DNA from: Sporopachydermia quercuum
Taxonomy: Eukaryota
Direction: 5' to 3'
DNA length: 64,000 nucleotides
Assembly (NCBI GenBank): GCA_001599295.1
Contig: BCGN01000004.1
Location: 4,138-68,137 of the forward strand
Each line of letters starts with the position of its first letter. Position 1 is the first letter of the stretch. Below the pieces are notes generated by a model, which did no database searches, was not told the DNA's origin, and saw only the letters and a program-made list of their open reading frames with translations. Made by a program: the position numbers and the translations under genes. This document shows positions 58,315 to 64,000 of this stretch, piece after piece.

Positions 58315-60072
58315 TTAGCTGAGCATATCCTTTATCTCTTCTGGTGTAGATGTATACAGTTCAGGCAAAACAGAACCAACAATACAATCAAGAAAGTTGT
58401 ATACAAGATGCTTATTTATTTCTCGATTATTAAACAAATTCAGGATTTCATTCAATGTCTCGTCCTTGTCCTGACCTAACAGATGTGTATGAAGATTAGG
58501 AGGAATCAATCCCAGCATTAATTGTTTGACCCTAGTTCTAGTATTCTCAACTTCTTCCTCAGTTGGCTCAATTCGCGGTGGTCCCATAATATCATCAAAA
58601 GGAAACAAATTCCTTCTTGAGGCATTGATGATAGCAGCAACTAATCCTGGCGAGATGGTTGATGTAACCAAATGAGCACACATTCTTTGGATTATTCTAC
58701 CAATTTTCTGGCCAAAGGAAGTACAAGAAAATGATTTCAGCACACCCATAACTAAAGGCTTGCTGTTTTCTAGCTGTAATAAATCAATCAGAAATCTCAC
58801 TATTCCATACTGAAATATAGCAACTTCAGCTTCCAATTCTGCGTCACCACAAGCTCTCTTACGTTGAGTATGAGCAGGTTTGGAATTACTACCCAGAGCA
58901 TCTGATATATCAATAGCCTGATCAGAGACCCTTTCCACGTCTTGTTTTGAATCTCTTAGAAAAACATTCCAGCTGCCTTCTTCAAAAGACGCTTTGTTTA
59001 ACAGAAATTTGGGAAGCAACGAATGATCAGAAAATGAGGCCAACAATGTAATTATACGACCACCGGCGTAAATACTATTCATTACTGTTTGAACCGTTGT
59101 CTGTGCTTTCAGTTTGGCCATGGGCCAAGCTGTCATTAAATCAAGTTTCAATATTGATTCCACAAAAGGTGTTGTTTCTCCGTTCTCTAGTGGTTCTCCA
59201 TCTTTTAAACCTGCCTGCGAATTATCCTTGCGTTTGTCCAATTCCACCTTCTTCCCTCGTGGATCCGGTTTATCTAGCTTTTCGGTTAAAATCTCCAGCA
59301 GCTTCTCTAGTACCTCATATAACATATACGGATTGCTTAGTTTCTCTATCACATTTTTCAGTAGTAAATCTGAGATCAGAACTTGTACTAAATCTCTTAC
59401 AGCATCGACTTGAGATTCTTCTAAAGGCAGCAATAACAAGACTATTCCTTTACTAATACTACGCAAATAGTATATCTCCTTTTCAGGATCATTATAATCA
59501 ATAGCAAAGTGCGGTTGTAAGCTGTGAAATGCATCCTCTAAAGTTGTATACGGTAACAGTGATGTCCCTATTCTAGTCTTTGCTGCTCTACAGTTATTCA
59601 CGTGAGTATCAAGAATTAATGGGACATCGTTCAGTAGTAACTCCACCAGATCAATTTTCCTGACTCTTTCTTCAAGTCCCCGAACAATATGTGCTGCTAT
59701 ATTGATGATTTCCTCTGTGAATTCTGAATCATCAGTTATTTTATTGTACCAGCTGTTAATAAACTGCTGCTTGAACAAACCTATCAACGCATACAACTCT
59801 GTATCAACAAGATTCGAACTGGTTAGCGCAGGTAAAATATCCGATATCTGGGTGCTCCTAGGTGCATTCGGAAAAAAGTTTCTTCTGACTAAATGCTCGG
59901 TGTATTCAAATGTATCTTTGTTAAGGAGAACTGCTGGACTGAGTGTCTTGCTTTGTTGTTTATAACGTATGGGGTGTTTTGAGAATTTGCTCAATTGTCT
60001 TTTATTCACCAAGAAATCACCATCCTTGCTAACTGCATGAATATTCAGCCGGTGAGTATGTTGCTTGCTCAT
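58315..60072 (-). CDS. PXA-domain protein with a nexin-C-like tail; may have additional upstream exons
   Basis: VDTELYALIG...FINSWYNKITDD.EF, LEERVRKIDLVELLLNDVP.IL..H, INKHLVYNFLD..V..VLPEL. Confidence 0.82.
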   Translation of the reverse strand: MSKQHTHRLNIHAVSKDGDFLVNKRQLSKFSKHPIRYKQQSKTLSPAVLLNKDTFEYTEHLVRRNFFPNAPRSTQISDILPALTSSNLVDTELYALIGLFKQQFINSWYNKITDDSEFTEEIINIAAHIVRGLEERVRKIDLVELLLNDVPLILDTHVNNCRAAKTRIGTSLLPYTTLEDAFHSLQPHFAIDYNDPEKEIYYLRSISKGIVLLLLPLEESQVDAVRDLVQVLISDLLLKNVIEKLSNPYMLYEVLEKLLEILTEKLDKPDPRGKKVELDKRKDNSQAGLKDGEPLENGETTPFVESILKLDLMTAWPMAKLKAQTTVQTVMNSIYAGGRIITLLASFSDHSLLPKFLLNKASFEEGSWNVFLRDSKQDVERVSDQAIDISDALGSNSKPAHTQRKRACGDAELEAEVAIFQYGIVRFLIDLLQLENSKPLVMGVLKSFSCTSFGQKIGRIIQRMCAHLVTSTISPGLVAAIINASRRNLFPFDDIMGPPRIEPTEEEVENTRTRVKQLMLGLIPPNLHTHLLGQDKDETLNEILNLFNNREINKHLVYNFLDCIVGSVLPELYTSTPEEIKDMLS

Positions 60073-61052
60073 TTGTAGTAATTCCTGGTTACTCTGTCAG
60101 TAATATGTTATATCATAGAGCTGATTGATGCAGATAATGTTAGGATCATCCTCAATTGTGAATAGCAATAGTTATTATATTAAAGTTATACCAAGAGATT
60201 CAAGAAGCAAAATGAAAGTAGCAAGATAAACATATTAGCAATGTTGGTAAATGAAAAATTCTAACAAATCCAGTTCTTGCCCCATGCTCTTACAATGAAA
60301 ATCTCCCTATCAATTGTTATTCCTCGATAAGTACATGATAGCCTTTCCACAAAACCATAATAAAGAGAATTATCGTTATCACGAAATGGTATAGACCCTC
60401 TGTAAGACCCTCGGAAAATAAAGAAGACCCCAACAGGTAAGCTGCAACTGAAGATATTTGTAATAAATCTAATAAATGCAAAGAGTATAAAACAAAGTAT
60501 ATAACAATAGTAATATTGAAAGCTGAAACTGAAGAGCACTTGTAATTGAAAAGAAAAGGCAAAAAGTCATCAATTACTTTCATTCAGATGACTCTTTGTC
60601 ATCCTAAATCGAAAACCTTCGTCTTCCTTCTTCTCCAGATAAAACACCTTCTCACCTTCTGTCTCTTGTTAGTACCCTGATATGAGACACCTAACCTCTT
60701 TTTCCTTTTATGGAAATATTCACTTTCCCCAACACCAAAAGGAAACCAACTCGATAAATAATTCACGCGTGGAGATATGTAAATGCGATGTTCGAAACTC
60801 CACAAGTCAAGCAAATATAGATACATCTTGATAGAATGTATGTTATTCTAAGCTTAGTATGGAAAAAGTTTATCTACTATAAAAGCTATTAGTTTAGGAA
60901 CCTTTTTTGTATTTTAATATGGAGGGAACATACTATTACAGTATACTCATTTTCAATAGCTTTTATCATAAAATAATTGAATGAGCAGTCAAATAGGCTC
61001 TATGTCAAACCTTTGTCTCATTGTATTATAGAAAGCATTTGTGGTAATCAAA

Positions 61053-64000
61053 ATGACGAACCTACCTAACGGAAACCAAAACAGGACCTTGCCTGACTCC
61101 GTGAAAACAGCGCTGGAATATACAGCGCTGTCTTTAACTCCAACGCAAGATAGTACGTATTGATCAACCAGATTCCTGATTGCAATTGCCTAGAAGGAAG
61201 CTCATCCTGTGGTGCCCTTAAACCTAACCTAACACTAACGCTATCATCAACTTCTCTCTAGTTACAATTCTACCTTTTATTAAAGAGTTAGAGCCAAATT
61301 CAGATGTTGTATTAAGAGATATTACCAAACACTCTTCTGGGGTTAAAAGGATCATCAAGAATTCACCAACTAACGAGCAAGAAGCTATTGCGTCCAATCT
61401 ACTACACATATTTCAACATACATCTCCAGTTCAAATCAACGTAGTGAAATCACAACTACCTGATGATCCTAACTTTCAAGCATTGGGAATTGCCCAGCAA
61501 TTGACTCCTTTTGCCAGATCAATGCTACCGTCAATTCTATCGAACTACTCCACCGCATCTCAACCTATTATCCCAACCAAATCAGGTTCAGCATCGGCAA
61601 CGTCTGACAGAGTATCCAATGGCATTGAAACGAATAACAGCAGTCCAAGCAAAAGGAAGGATACATCTAACAATAAAAGGAAATCGGGTCATCAGAGTTT
61701 GGAATCATCTACTAAGGTGAAAAGGAAATCGTTACAACGAGGTGACAATCCACAAGAAACAAGAGAAAGAGATATCAGACAGCTGCTGCAAGAAATAGAA
61801 ACAATTCAAACAGCTGAAAAGCCTTCTTCAAATGGAGCAGCCACTGCCGAATACTCACCGTATACTTCTCGTGTGTTTTTCCCTTATGTTTATAACGATA
61901 CTGTGGGAAATCTATTGAGCAACTCCCTATTGCTTTCTCTTGATGATATTTTACGCAGAGTATGCCAAACTACTCAGTTTTCATCTATCGACTGGAGATA
62001 TGTCACCTTCCTACAGGATTTTTGCTTGAGGTCTCTAACGAACGCCAGCCAGATTCCCTGGGACGATTTGATATCAACAGACAACGAGGACGTTCTACGA
62101 GAGGTAGAGGTAGTTGTAAATGGTCTACGAGCATCATGTGTGTTGCTAAGGATATTTCTGAGTTCTAGAACGGAAAAACAAGTTTTTATGGATGAATATG
62201 TAAAAGCTATGATTGACTATGTGTTTGCTATAACAGAATCGTTCTTCATCCCAATTATCACCAAACCTAAATCAGACCTCGGCCGGTTTATTACTACGAA
62301 AGAACTACGAATGGCAATCATATCAGATTTTGCAAAACTGCTGGATCAGTTGAAAGAATTCTGCTTGAGAGATGAAGTTGACGATATGGCTATCACAAAG
62401 CTTGAGTACACGTCGTTGATGATCATTTTCGCTGACACGTCTGTCAAAGACAAAGATTCAGCGTTGGGTTCTGCTAATGTTGATAGACTGAAATTCTCCA
62501 TGCAGGAGCTTTTATTCAATGTATTCTCGTCTAAAGAAGACCAAAGAGTGTTCCTGTTGACAGAGATTCTGACCAGTTTAGAGAAACTTCCTGAAGGAAA
62601 ACTGAACGCTAGGAATTTTCGTATTCCCAGCGGGGAGAACGTTCAATTAGTGTCATTCCTTTTAATGCGTTTAGTCCATTCTGTTGCTAAAGTTCAAAGA
62701 GTTGATTTCTCGATAGGAGCCCAACCTGATAAAGACTCTGATTTGCGATCTTTATCTCAGACTGGATCTACAGGTGAAGAAATGGCCCTGGAATTGTTGA
62801 AATTTGAATCAGTATGCAGCAAATCAGAAGCAGAGGCAACGGAGTTCGCTAATCAGGTATTCAGCTTCATACTGGAAAAGCTACTGAACCCAAACCCTGG
62901 AGAACATAAATATAAACGGATTCTTGACCTGCTAGTTGAGGATTTCCTAACTCTACTGCCGTATCCCGAGTGGGCTGCTTCAGAGACCCTACTATTATCT
63001 CTAATGAGAGCTTTAATGAACCTAACAGATATAGGACCTAGCGATGAAAATAAAACTCATGTGAACGTTAATATGCAGGCATATGCATTGGAATTGATGG
63101 GAAATATTGGTTACAGGTTAGTAGCATTGAAGAAGAATCTCCCGGTTATTGAGATTAATGTCAACGTATCATTTGAAGATTTTTCCTCAATTCAAAGAGC
63201 AGTTAATAATATCCTGCAGTACCTTCAATGGCAGAGCACAACTTCTCAACCAGCAGCTGAAGCATTATCGTTTTGTTTCTGTAAATGGGCCAATACAATC
63301 TGCCATTTATTAGAATCATCTGATAATATTACAGAAGGTGCTGTTGCTGATGCTGTACCGGCAGAGTTCCAGAAATTCAACTCTTATGTAATAGAAGGTG
63401 TCTGGCATTCTCAAATTGAATCCAGGCTCAATAATAACGAGGCCACTATTGCTGATATCGAGAAAAGTGCTAAAGAATGCTATGCTACGTTTTTAAGATC
63501 AAGGCCTTTGCTGAAAACCTATGATCAGTTCCTCAATCTAATAGTGAGATCATTAAACCATCCAAAAATTAAATCTCGTAGTAAAGCTATTAGGACATTA
63601 TCTCAACTAATCATCAGAGACAACTCCTTATTTACGCACCCTGAAATCCAGGCCTCGATTATTGGAAAACTACATGATTTATCACCTTTGGTTCGTGATA
63701 GTGCCTTAGATCTAATAGGCACATACATTGCCAGAGATAAGAAATTTATAGACACTTTAGCTCAGGCAGTATGTGAAAGAAGCAATGACACCAGCATTGG
63801 AGTAAGAAAAAGAGCATTGAGAATCATAAAAGATATGTTCAATGAGTCGGAGGGTATTCCACTGAAAGTGGAAATGACTTCCTCTTTACTTAAACGGTTA
63901 GGAGATGAAGAAGATACAGTGGCCGATCTGGCACGTGACACACTGATCCATCTGCTGTTTCACGTGATCTATACTGTTAATGTCACAGATGGAGACGTCA
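61053..64000 (+). CDS. SCC2: Cohesin loader Scc2/NIPBL, 5' part; exons 61053-61152 and 61262->64000
   Basis: Absent from the ORF track because no stop is reached in the window. Intron GTACGT...CTAAC x3...TAG. Motifs DFLTLLPYPEWAASE, RSKAIRTL, DLSPLVRDSALDLIG, DTSIGVRKRA. Confidence 0.92.

Overview
This is eukaryotic nuclear DNA from an AT-rich, intron-containing budding yeast (Saccharomycotina-like). It has GT..CTAAC..AG introns, and CTG reads as Leu at a conserved DIP5 position. The species cannot be named from the sequence. The left ~28 kb looks accessory or subtelomere-like. It holds a Ser/Thr-repeat secreted protein cut by the window edge, a 419-aa orphan ORF bracketed by degenerate direct repeats, and a GC-richer trio (Zn2Cys6 regulator, uncharacterised Fe(II)/2-oxoglutarate dioxygenase, MFS transporter) sharing a GATA-containing promoter motif. 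Next come a multiply disrupted TRI101/AYT1-type acetyltransferase pseudogene, an NAD(P)-binding oxidoreductase, a divergent SOA1/JLP1 sulfonate-scavenging pair and AIM6. The right ~34 kb is core genome: SEC6 (6 exons), a CENP-Q/Okp1-like gene (4 exons), PBP1, RRN7, DIP5, SFC1, a TDG/MUG glycosylase, a twin-CX9C protein, a HAD (YMR265C-like) protein, a TFB6-like protein, a PXA-domain protein and the 5' part of SCC2. The best candidates for something undescribed are the three-gene cluster at 6.9-14.2 kb and the orphan ORF with its flanking repeats at 2.1-6.3 kb. All family calls come from motif recognition by eye; no searches were run.
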